DNA of 64,000 nucleotides, from sequence record NC_101838.1. One strand, given 5' to 3'. A model generated the notes under the pieces. The model made no database searches. It saw only the letters and a list, made by a program, of their open reading frames with translations, and had not been told where the DNA came from. The position numbers were made by a program, and so were the translations under genes. The stretch is from a phage. This document shows, one piece after another, positions 48,038 to 56,169 of this stretch (within the stretch, counting starts at the first letter, position 1; the number at the start of each line of letters is the position of its first letter).

Positions 48038-48208
48038 TTACTTAAAATCTTTGTCACCTATTACGATTGCACGAATCCACTCATTGTGATGTTCAATGGC
48101 GGTAAGGTGTAACATAATGCAGTGATTGTCATTACCAAACACGGTGCGGTAAGCTTTAGCAGCACCATGATATAACTTCCACATCAGGTAATGATATCTT
48201 CGCCTCAT
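48038..48208 (-). CDS. small ORF (56 aa) not in supplied track
   Basis: ATG overlaps stop of upstream gene in an ATGA arrangement at 48205-48208; fills an otherwise unexplained 200-nt gap. Confidence 0.3.
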   Translation of the reverse strand: MRRRYHYLMWKLYHGAAKAYRTVFGNDNHCIMLHLTAIEHHNEWIRAIVIGDKDFK

Positions 48209-48684
48209 GGCTCTTTCTCCGGTTCAGGATCTGGGTAATCTTCAATAATAAAGGGCCATCCGTTCCGCTTAGCCTCAGACTTGTACTCAATCTCCTTCAT
48301 TGCAAACTCTAACTGATTTTTAGCCGGAATACATGCCGGAGAATCATCAACCCAGATATCTGGGTAGATATCAAACTGCGCCAGGTAGGCTGCCTTCTGA
48401 ACACCGCCAGTATAAAACACACCAACATCGAGCTCCTTGCGCCAATACTCAATGTCCACATTGTCTTGAGTAATGAATCGGAAAGTCACAAGGTACACTG
48501 TCCACCCCTCCTTCTTCAGGTCCCTGATCAGGCGGGAGAAGATGAAAGGGCTCGCATTAAACGTTCCATCAAAGTCAATGGCAATGATGTGTGTGCCGTG
48601 GCGAGTCTCGTATGGATTGCTTGTGGTAAGATTACTGTAGTTAAAAGGAACTTCTTCCCCGCAGTAGCTGTAGTCCATATTCAC
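48205..48684 (-). CDS. HAD-superfamily phosphatase/nucleotidase-like protein
   Basis: 159 aa; motif I IAIDFDGT (DxDGT) near N-terminus. Confidence 0.45.
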   Translation of the reverse strand: MNMDYSYCGEEVPFNYSNLTTSNPYETRHGTHIIAIDFDGTFNASPFIFSRLIRDLKKEGWTVYLVTFRFITQDNVDIEYWRKELDVGVFYTGGVQKAAYLAQFDIYPDIWVDDSPACIPAKNQLEFAMKEIEYKSEAKRNGWPFIIEDYPDPEPEKEP

Positions 48685-48956
48685 ACCTTCTCGTTGATAA
48701 ATTTACGGGCGGTTTGGTGGGTTGTTTCTGCTGTCTTCAGAATGATATTAATTTTATTGTCAAGATCATTCATCTCTGCAGTTAGTTCAGGAATCTCTCC
48801 GGCATGCATAGTGAAATCATACATAGACATGCCCAGAATCTCATTGATGCGACGGTTGCATTCTGCAGCACGCTGGTTCATTTTCCAAGCTAACACCAAA
48901 GCCTCCTGCGTAGCCTCTAGTGCAAAATCTAATACGTCGGCCTCTTCTTTCGTCAT
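48681..48956 (-). CDS. hypothetical protein
   Basis: 91 aa; start overlaps upstream stop; AGGAGAG RBS. Confidence 0.35.
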   Translation of the reverse strand: MTKEEADVLDFALEATQEALVLAWKMNQRAAECNRRINEILGMSMYDFTMHAGEIPELTAEMNDLDNKINIILKTAETTHQTARKFINEKV

Positions 48957-49014
48957 CTCAGTCTCTCCTGTTGTATTGTTGGTAGGTGTATGAATACCTT
49001 ATAACTCACCTTTT

Positions 49015-49581
49015 TTATTCAAACTGCAATAGTAAGTCCACCACCGCGCTAGGTCTGTCAACAAATTCCCCAGGTCCACATGCCCACAGAGGGTATCCGT
49101 CTACATACCGCCAAATCCAACCTGCGGTGTGGAGTTCGAGCAGGGCAGTGCCGTCCTTACTGTCAACCACTCTTTCCCACAGTGTCGGGCAGCGAAGCTT
49201 GAGGACCGGATCACCTCCCTTATACCCGCCCATGTAGATACCCATTGCAAAGTTCAGCATCATCTTTTTGTGCACTGATCTCTTACTGAGGGTGCTCATC
49301 ACTTCCTCTTTGTGAATGTTTGTAAGCTTCTCTTTGGCTACCCGCAGATCGTTGCAACCATTGTTCAGCAGATCTTCCAGACACTTGATCCGAAGGTCGT
49401 GAATGTCTTTGTCGTGTACCGTTGGCACAGGGTCGTAGCGGTATAGCACTGTTGATACAAGGTTGCTCGGGTGTGGGTCTGACAGCAACCCATAACCCCA
49501 ATACTCTTCTGTATCTGAAAGGACAAGACACCCAATGTCTCTGTCAAGCTTTCCTGTGTTGTAAGCCACATTGACCGCCAT
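49015..49581 (-). CDS. hypothetical protein
   Basis: 188 aa ORF from track in minus-strand early block. Confidence 0.35.
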   Translation of the reverse strand: MAVNVAYNTGKLDRDIGCLVLSDTEEYWGYGLLSDPHPSNLVSTVLYRYDPVPTVHDKDIHDLRIKCLEDLLNNGCNDLRVAKEKLTNIHKEEVMSTLSKRSVHKKMMLNFAMGIYMGGYKGGDPVLKLRCPTLWERVVDSKDGTALLELHTAGWIWRYVDGYPLWACGPGEFVDRPSAVVDLLLQFE

Positions 49582-49583
49582 GA

Positions 49584-49829
49584 CTATAGCTCCACTAGCA
49601 AAGTGCTTTCAAAGTGCCGTTCATGCAGACCGTTGTAAGGGACCACTTCCACAACGCCATCACGGACATACGGGGCCATCATGGTGGCATAATCTCCAAA
49701 CGGGTTGGTATTGTCACTAACCACAACCACCTTCTGCCCTTCCTTGGCAGAGTGCCAAATAGATCTGCACTTCATCAGGTGTTCGAGAGCTCCAGGTAAA
49801 ATTTTGTTACGTTCTTTACGGGTCTTCAT
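49584..49829 (-). CDS. hypothetical protein
   Basis: 81 aa ORF from track, tightly packed. Confidence 0.3.
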   Translation of the reverse strand: MKTRKERNKILPGALEHLMKCRSIWHSAKEGQKVVVVSDNTNPFGDYATMMAPYVRDGVVEVVPYNGLHERHFESTLLVEL

Positions 49830-50275
49830 AACAGATATAGCTCCTTATGAAAGTGGTCTTTTAATTTCTCGCTGAGAAACTTCTTGATACCTTCCTCTAA
49901 AGTGTTTTCGATGTAGTCCAGCTTAACTGCTTCGATGGACATATCATAGATCGCCAGCTCTAAGCTGTCAAGTCCCATCATAGCATGAACCATAAGATTT
50001 TCATCTTCAGATACATTCAGAGGACTTCCTATAACATCTGTAGGTAGGATAGTTTCCCAATTATTCTGGGGGGTGGTTCTCCCGCCATCCACTTTACGGC
50101 GCAGTTCGAAGGTGTTCTTAGTGTAGAACACTTCATAAGAAACGATACGACTATCGCTCTCATAATAAACGAAGTTCAGGTAGGAGCCTAGCCGCAGTCG
50201 GCAAACTTCTACCCCAAACCATTGTTTCTTATAAGAATTCAGGCTAATGCTGTCGCATTCACGCTTGCTCAACAC
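49826..50275 (-). CDS. hypothetical protein
   Basis: 149 aa ORF from track, overlapping stop/start with neighbour. Confidence 0.3.
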   Translation of the reverse strand: MLSKRECDSISLNSYKKQWFGVEVCRLRLGSYLNFVYYESDSRIVSYEVFYTKNTFELRRKVDGGRTTPQNNWETILPTDVIGSPLNVSEDENLMVHAMMGLDSLELAIYDMSIEAVKLDYIENTLEEGIKKFLSEKLKDHFHKELYLL

Positions 50276-50291
50276 GGCTATCTCCTTTTTG

Positions 50292-50525
50292 TTAATCTTC
50301 GTAAATCAGGATTTCTGCTTTAGGTTTTCGTGCTTTCAAGTCCAGCTCTATCCAGTGCACCATAGCTGTTTCAAGAAAAACAGCTTGGATGCATCCGTCC
50401 TCAGCGTGCCCCACCAACATAACAAGATCTTCACCTTCGTCATCTGCATCACGAACATACAGAATCTCTCCAGATTCAAAGTCTTTCACAACCTGATTGC
50501 TGGATAATTTACGAATTTTTGCCAT
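50292..50525 (-). CDS. small paralog family member 3
   Basis: 77 aa; shares G-E-[IV]-[VL] ... conserved Cys ... [IV][FY] pattern with the two adjacent genes. Confidence 0.35.
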   Translation of the reverse strand: MAKIRKLSSNQVVKDFESGEILYVRDADDEGEDLVMLVGHAEDGCIQAVFLETAMVHWIELDLKARKPKAEILIYED

Positions 50526-50526
50526 A

Positions 50527-50790
50527 TCAGAAACCCTCTAAAAAGCTTTTGTAGAAAATAATTTCAGTGTCCACACCTGTCACGATCTTATCGTTTCGGA
50601 TCTCATCTGTGAGGTAGGTATCGAAACGTAGTACTTGTGTGGTATTGTCACACATCCACTCAGCTGTGACCATTGCGAAAATCTTAGCATCTTCATTATC
50701 TGGTGTGAATGTTACCACCTCGCCGCACTTAAACTTTTCGATAGGTTGAGTGTTAGCTTTCGGTTCTGCGATAGTGATTTTCGTGGTCAT
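50527..50790 (-). CDS. small paralog family member 2
   Basis: 87 aa; tandem with 50292 and 50790 ORFs. Confidence 0.35.
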   Translation of the reverse strand: MTTKITIAEPKANTQPIEKFKCGEVVTFTPDNEDAKIFAMVTAEWMCDNTTQVLRFDTYLTDEIRNDKIVTGVDTEIIFYKSFLEGF

Positions 50791-51056
50791 TACTCTTCCT
50801 CCATAGTTTCACCAAATACTTCGATACGAGCATCGAGCTCGGTTGCTTTCAGCTCCCCAACAAAATCTTTTAGTTCTTTCTCGTCCAGATCGTAAGCCCA
50901 CACACAAGAAGAACATGCAGATTTCACAATCAGCAGCGTAGATACACGACCTGACTCTGTGATCATGCTCACAATGGTTCCCACAGGGAACGTGTTGATA
51001 GCTTTTTTAACTGGGCGTTCAGCTTTAATTACTACCTCTGTTGCCATAAATAACAT
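50790..51056 (-). CDS. small paralog family member 1
   Basis: 88 aa; tandem with the two downstream genes. Confidence 0.35.
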   Translation of the reverse strand: MLFMATEVVIKAERPVKKAINTFPVGTIVSMITESGRVSTLLIVKSACSSCVWAYDLDEKELKDFVGELKATELDARIEVFGETMEEE

Positions 51057-51062
51057 CCTCTC

Positions 51063-52544
51063 TTACTTAGCGTACTCGATTAATTCCACAGTTTTCCCAA
51101 AGCTCGGGATATAATTTTTATTATACCCTTCGGTGAGAACCCATAAAGTATCGTACTTTTTCCACTTGTTGTCAACAGCCTTTTGTTCAAAGTTATGCTC
51201 AAAGTAGAGGTCGGTAAGGACGATGACATCTTTTGCATTCGGTATGTTAGCATCCAGATACTCGAACACGCAGGCGGCTGTTGTGCCCCATGTTGAGTGG
51301 ACCTCATAGTTAATCATCTCATCGATGTTACCGCGAGTGTATACTTTAACCTCTCCAACCTCCGTTGACCAACAGAACATAGTAACCTTAAACTCTTTAT
51401 ACAAATTGCACAACCCGGTGATCTCATTGAACATTTTCTTTAAAGTTCTTTGTGAGATCGACCCAGAAACGTCTAAAGCCACTACAATATCTATAGTGTT
51501 TTCCGGATTACGACCAGGAACAATAACGTGTTGATTCTTGTTTATAGCTCCAACTTTTCGCATTGTGGTGGTCAAAGACCCAGATCGGCGACCAGGTTTT
51601 CTGTAGGTTAACTCAGCCTTTCTTTTAGATAACATACGTTGCTTAATAATATCTATATAATTGATTACAGGCTTGCCTCTGTTTTTGACAAACTCGCGCA
51701 CCGCCTCGGGACAACGACCTCCTGAAGCTTGCATTGCTGCTTCCAACATGTCACCAGAGTCCTGCATGGCCTGATCTTTGTCAGATTGACTGATTACTGG
51801 TTGCGGCTGATCATACCCCATAGCCTTTCCAAGATCATCACTAGTGCCACCGTTCCCGCTCATGTGATCATCGGTTTGTCGTTTATCTCCTTGGGAGTTC
51901 TCACCTTTACCGTTCTTACTTTTACCGCCATTCTGATCTCTTTGTTTATCAAGAACTGCATAGACGTTCTCAGCAATCCATCCATGAAACCTCATGTCGC
52001 AGTAGCAATTAGCTAAGAAGCCAAAAGGCTTACCTTTTACGAACTCAGTGCTTTTCCCCTTCGGGAAGAAAACACAAGGAGGCTTGCTAAAGTCAACCAC
52101 AAGACCTGTGTTGATAACGTGATCACAAGCAATATTGAACAGTTCCGGCTCAAAGCTTTTACCACGGACCAGATGATCACAGATAATATGCCCCACCTCA
52201 TGTGACAGAAGAAAGGCCACCTCTTTCACAGATTTTGGGGAATAGAAAACCTCAGCCATCTCAAACTGCTTGTCAGTCAGAGATGCTTTAAGAATGGTTT
52301 TACGCTCATCCGCCAACCCCATAATGAACTCAGGGCTGTAGTAGATGCGTTTATGGTCGGTTGCCATGGTGGAGCACCATGTGTGGTTTTCTACGAACTG
52401 CAACCCTGACAGTAGTGTGCCATAAAACGGCAGCTTTTCAAGGAGATACATACGTGCAGCCTGCAACATTCTCAGGGCATCATCTTTCTGCGAGGCAATG
52501 ATTTCTGAACTTCTGCTATCCATTAAAACTCCAGAAGGGGCCAT
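51063..52544 (-). CDS. HExxH metallopeptidase-like domain plus von Willebrand factor A domain protein
   Basis: 493 aa; N-terminal LLSHEVGHIICDH zinc-binding motif; C-terminal vWA MIDAS motif IVVALDVSGSIS. Confidence 0.6.
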   Translation of the reverse strand: MAPSGVLMDSRSSEIIASQKDDALRMLQAARMYLLEKLPFYGTLLSGLQFVENHTWCSTMATDHKRIYYSPEFIMGLADERKTILKASLTDKQFEMAEVFYSPKSVKEVAFLLSHEVGHIICDHLVRGKSFEPELFNIACDHVINTGLVVDFSKPPCVFFPKGKSTEFVKGKPFGFLANCYCDMRFHGWIAENVYAVLDKQRDQNGGKSKNGKGENSQGDKRQTDDHMSGNGGTSDDLGKAMGYDQPQPVISQSDKDQAMQDSGDMLEAAMQASGGRCPEAVREFVKNRGKPVINYIDIIKQRMLSKRKAELTYRKPGRRSGSLTTTMRKVGAINKNQHVIVPGRNPENTIDIVVALDVSGSISQRTLKKMFNEITGLCNLYKEFKVTMFCWSTEVGEVKVYTRGNIDEMINYEVHSTWGTTAACVFEYLDANIPNAKDVIVLTDLYFEHNFEQKAVDNKWKKYDTLWVLTEGYNKNYIPSFGKTVELIEYAK

Positions 52545-52556
52545 TGGCCCCTGTCA

Positions 52557-53597
52557 TTATTTAACGTGTTTGAAAATACCTGCCAACTCGGTCATTGTCA
52601 TGCGGGTGGTCTTCATAAGATCTGTCATAGCTTTCTCCATAATTGGAGATACTACCATAAAGTTTCCTTTAGTGAAACCTTTATTCCAGTCGGTCACCAA
52701 CAGGGGTTTAAGTCCAGCTCCAAGACGTTCACCAGTTAAAGCACAGCATTTGCGAATATACGAACTCTTAAATTGGCTGAATGACAGATCAACTTTCATA
52801 CCTACATCGTAGAACGTTTGACAATAGAAAGTGTAAGCTTTGGCAATCTCAACATCATCAGGTAGTGCAGGAACCTCTTCTGTAAGCTCCTCTTCGACCT
52901 CCTGAGTCTCTTTTTCCTCTTCATGCACCTGTTGCGTCATTTCTTCAATCTCTTCTGTGATAGGCTCGTTTACAATGTCGGAAATGTGCTTCTTGGGTGC
53001 ACGATAAGTAACTTTAGACATCGGTAGCATATCTTCCTCCTCTTCTTCGTCAAAGAGTGCTAGTTTATCCTCTTCCGTTCCATATTGCAAGATGAAATCT
53101 TCAAAAGTATAATCACCTTTCAATTTCTCCATACGCTCTTCGCTCAGGTGGAGCATCATCTGCTGGACAATTTTTCGATCAGTTTCGTCTTTAATCAAGA
53201 CTGCAGTCTTTTTATCTACCAGACAGTCCTTTAGAGAGTTGCATCTCAATCCCACCACACAACAGTTATCAACCGCATAAGGACCTTCATCATCTATCCG
53301 CTCCAGGGATGGGTAGAAAGGATTCCCCAGCCCGTTTTCATCTGTGTGCATGTCAAAAGGTATAAGGGTATAGTCGCATACTCCATCTCCTAAAAGTTTT
53401 TTACCAAATAGGAGGTATTCTTCCCATGACAGGTCGAACTCTATATCTCGTTTCCGTGCGTTATTCTGTTTGCGTCTATATTTTTTGAGCAAGCGCTCTA
53501 ACTCTTCTGGTGTATAATATTTTTCAAGATTCATGAGTCGTCTCTCGTGCTCTGTAAGTGAAGAAATCGTATCAATTGTCTCAACAGATGTCAACAT
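52557..53597 (-). CDS. Endonuclease VII/HNH-like zinc-binding domain protein with acidic linker and C-terminal domain
   Basis: N-terminal region GDGVCDYTLIPFD...ERIDDEGPYAVDNCCVVGLRCN resembles EndoVII-type fold (recalled); acidic linker DEEEEED; internal Met preceded by SD-like GGAGGAAG lies in a 27-bp inverted repeat; ATG 53597 preferred over track TTG 53600. Confidence 0.4.
   Translation of the reverse strand: MLTSVETIDTISSLTEHERRLMNLEKYYTPEELERLLKKYRRKQNNARKRDIEFDLSWEEYLLFGKKLLGDGVCDYTLIPFDMHTDENGLGNPFYPSLERIDDEGPYAVDNCCVVGLRCNSLKDCLVDKKTAVLIKDETDRKIVQQMMLHLSEERMEKLKGDYTFEDFILQYGTEEDKLALFDEEEEEDMLPMSKVTYRAPKKHISDIVNEPITEEIEEMTQQVHEEEKETQEVEEELTEEVPALPDDVEIAKAYTFYCQTFYDVGMKVDLSFSQFKSSYIRKCCALTGERLGAGLKPLLVTDWNKGFTKGNFMVVSPIMEKAMTDLMKTTRMTMTELAGIFKHVK
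52998..53024. repeat. 27-bp inverted repeat, left copy
   Basis: Exact reverse complement of 54862-54888 (CCGATGTCTAAAGTTACTTATCGTGCA); overlaps an in-frame Met of the minus-strand ORF. Confidence 0.85.
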
Positions 53598-53607
53598 CAA
53601 AAACGTG

Positions 53608-53636
53608 TTGACTTTACTCTAACTCCACAATATAGT
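53608..53636 (+). promoter_or_regulatory. sigma70-like promoter (TTGACT-17-TATAGT) for plus-strand early block
   Basis: -35 53608-53613, -10 53631-53636, in the divergent intergenic region. Confidence 0.5.
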
Positions 53637-53676
53637 GCACCCATTCGAAAGAAAACTAACATAGGAGCACTTACTT

Positions 53677-54576
53677 ATGGCAAATCTTAACAGTTTTAGT
53701 ACGCGGTGGAAACAGGACATAACAACCAATCTTTCAGCTGGGGACATCCTTTCTGCAATTTACGAGGCTTTAGATGATAAAGCTACTTCAAAAGCGGTTT
53801 GTACCAACCCATTAATTCCTATAGTGATGAAGGTTATTGAGCGTAGATTGGTATCTGGGTCTGATAAGTGGACATATTTAGATAATGAAGGACACACCTA
53901 TTCCAATGGGTATGTCGATATAAAAGTAGAATACGCGGTATCATACCGCCGGAGCGGTTCTGTAACTTTCAACTTCTCTGGAGGTTTTCGATCTCTGGCC
54001 ACCTCACCTTTTGTTTCCTCAGAGGAGAAGTATGAGCTGCCATTTCTTTGGATGATGGCTAACGCGACAGGAAAAACCCCCGTTAGCATCCGAGTAAAAT
54101 ACAACTACAACGGATCTAGTAAGATCTATGCCGAAAGTGTCTCAGCAAGTTTTTATTTTGTGATGGGGGATGGAATCCTCAAACATATAAAGATGTGCGA
54201 TATGCATGATGTTATAAATGAAGTGACTGATAAGAATGTTCTAGTGAAAGACCTCAACAATTTTTATACACCCGGAGACTATTACGTCAGCCGTCCACTG
54301 TGCATCTTTAATGCCGCACACCCTCTAGGTGAGTATTTGATCGCCAATAGCGATATTGCCAATAACCGCTTCGAGGTAGCAAGAGTTCAGAATGAGGTAT
54401 TGACATCTTGCAAGAGCGGTGATAAGTTTACCGAAGAAGAGATGGGTGTTTTAGAAATGATGGGATATAAGTGTAGCCTTTGGGTAGATGAGGTGTTCAA
54501 TGATTGCATCTATGGACAGGATATTTACCCATTAAAGAAGTATACTGATTCCAGTTTAATTTACGCGGAGATTTGA
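53677..54576 (+). CDS. hypothetical early protein
   Basis: 299 aa; AGGAG RBS; downstream of promoter 53608-53636. Confidence 0.45.
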   Translation: MANLNSFSTRWKQDITTNLSAGDILSAIYEALDDKATSKAVCTNPLIPIVMKVIERRLVSGSDKWTYLDNEGHTYSNGYVDIKVEYAVSYRRSGSVTFNFSGGFRSLATSPFVSSEEKYELPFLWMMANATGKTPVSIRVKYNYNGSSKIYAESVSASFYFVMGDGILKHIKMCDMHDVINEVTDKNVLVKDLNNFYTPGDYYVSRPLCIFNAAHPLGEYLIANSDIANNRFEVARVQNEVLTSCKSGDKFTEEEMGVLEMMGYKCSLWVDEVFNDCIYGQDIYPLKKYTDSSLIYAEI

Positions 54577-54578
54577 CT

Positions 54579-54851
54579 ATGATGAAGTCATGTGGTAGTG
54601 TATATTATGTTGGTGAGAATGTTCAGGCAGATAGTGTGTGGAAATCCATTAAGTCCACCACCGATGATGCCTTTCTGAGCGGGTTATGTTTTCCCAGCCC
54701 AGGGGACACTCTCCCTTACCCTGGAGATTTTGTTGTCAACAAGATGGACGGTTATACCGTGTGCCTGATGGTTGAAAAAATCTTTTTAGACACTAGACAC
54801 AATCACCGTCTTGTGTTAAAATTTCAAGAATGTAAAATGACAATTGCCTAA
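54579..54851 (+). CDS. hypothetical protein
   Basis: About 90 aa from ATG 54579 (track TTG 54573); GGAG RBS. Confidence 0.35.
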   Translation: MMKSCGSVYYVGENVQADSVWKSIKSTTDDAFLSGLCFPSPGDTLPYPGDFVVNKMDGYTVCLMVEKIFLDTRHNHRLVLKFQECKMTIA

Positions 54852-54861
54852 GGAGACCTTG

Positions 54862-54888
54862 CCGATGTCTAAAGTTACTTATCGTGCA
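54862..54888. repeat. 27-bp inverted repeat, right copy
   Basis: CCGATGTCTAAAGTTACTTATCGTGCA; contains ATG 54865 start of acidic protein gene. Confidence 0.85.
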
Positions 54889-55221
54889 GCTATTTACTGC
54901 AATGAACACCCAATCAATAATGATGGTCACTGCCTTTTTAAAGAAAATCAATTGGGCTGTATTGTCCTCCCTGATGAAGGGGAAGGTTATCTGATTGCGT
55001 TGACAGGGTTTGAACCTGAAGCTCTGGAAGCCAATCTTGACTACCTGGTAGAGGAGGGTGCTGCAGACCTGGTTGCCAATGGCCTCTCCATAAGCCTTGA
55101 CGAAGTGGAGCGCTTCATGGGCAATTACCGTGTAGTGCGTGAGTTTACTATCGAGGTGGAAACTCCAGAGTGGGGTAGCCATGAAACTAATGCCGAAGAA
55201 AAAGAAGAGGAGGTAGAATAA
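54865..55221 (+). CDS. acidic hypothetical protein
   Basis: 118 aa from ATG 54865 (track TTG 54844); AGGAGA RBS; first 8 codons lie in the 27-bp inverted repeat; C-terminus highly acidic (EEKEEEVE). Confidence 0.45.
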   Translation: MSKVTYRAAIYCNEHPINNDGHCLFKENQLGCIVLPDEGEGYLIALTGFEPEALEANLDYLVEEGAADLVANGLSISLDEVERFMGNYRVVREFTIEVETPEWGSHETNAEEKEEEVE

Positions 55222-55478
55222 TGAAAGTGCAGATCTTGACTAATGCCGAGAAGATGTTTATTGAAGATACACCTTTTGAAGCTGGTGAGCTACAGTTCAT
55301 TTATTTTGTTGACTTAGATAAGGTGTTCCCTGCACTGAATCTTGGTCTGGATGAAGTTCCTCATAAGGTTTTGTGCCAAGTTGTTCGTGCATTAGCGGCA
55401 GATGGGGAGTTCCACACCCTTGAAGATGTCCAGACCTACGGGTATCTTGAACTACAACGAGAAGAAGAGGTGGACTGA
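55221..55478 (+). CDS. acidic hypothetical protein
   Basis: 85 aa; start overlaps upstream stop. Confidence 0.35.
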   Translation: MKVQILTNAEKMFIEDTPFEAGELQFIYFVDLDKVFPALNLGLDEVPHKVLCQVVRALAADGEFHTLEDVQTYGYLELQREEEVD

Positions 55479-55480
55479 TA

Positions 55481-55861
55481 ATGGCCCAGTGGAAGACAAC
55501 AGTTGACCTTCATGATCAGTGGTTAGGACGCATCACTGAAGACGGGAAGCTAGTGGAGTGGGACAATAAGCATGTTAGCGAGTTGGCAAGTATTGTAGCT
55601 GGCAAGTTACGCTCCAAGTTCCCTGAACAACTGGATCCTGATAGTTCAAAGTTCGATCCTGAGTTAGAGGATGTTGTATACTACTTCGACACCGTTGATG
55701 ACTACGACGCGTGGTTTGCAGCACGGGAGCTTTACCCACAAGGCTCTGCTATGCGCCAGATGGAAGAAGATTATCCTCCGTGCGAGCAATTTAATAGCGC
55801 AATGACTTGCCTCTACGATTGGGCAGATAAGAACCTTGTCTGGATTCGGACTGCATTCTAG
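55481..55861 (+). CDS. hypothetical protein
   Basis: 126 aa; TAG stop. Confidence 0.35.
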   Translation: MAQWKTTVDLHDQWLGRITEDGKLVEWDNKHVSELASIVAGKLRSKFPEQLDPDSSKFDPELEDVVYYFDTVDDYDAWFAARELYPQGSAMRQMEEDYPPCEQFNSAMTCLYDWADKNLVWIRTAF

Positions 55862-55875
55862 CAGGTGGGGCAAGG

Positions 55876-56169
55876 ATGCCACTTAAAAGAGTAATAAACA
55901 TGTTATACCAGAAACACGAACTTTGTGCAGAAAAAGAGTTAAATTTTGACAAAGTTATCCACAGATATTGTTATGGAAAAACCGGAAGACAATTAAGAAG
56001 ATGCACTCCAGCATTCTTTCACCCCAGCAGGCGACTAAGCCCTGAAGAAGCAACAGCAGAAAGGGTTGCATACAACTGGGAAGTTGTGTACGATATTGAC
56101 AGATCCGATGTGACATCTGTTTTGGAAAACTTTGAAAACACTTACACACAAGTAGAGGACTTTTACTAA
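55876..56169 (+). CDS. hypothetical protein
   Basis: 97 aa; stop overlaps start of AAA+ gene. Confidence 0.35.
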   Translation: MPLKRVINMLYQKHELCAEKELNFDKVIHRYCYGKTGRQLRRCTPAFFHPSRRLSPEEATAERVAYNWEVVYDIDRSDVTSVLENFENTYTQVEDFY

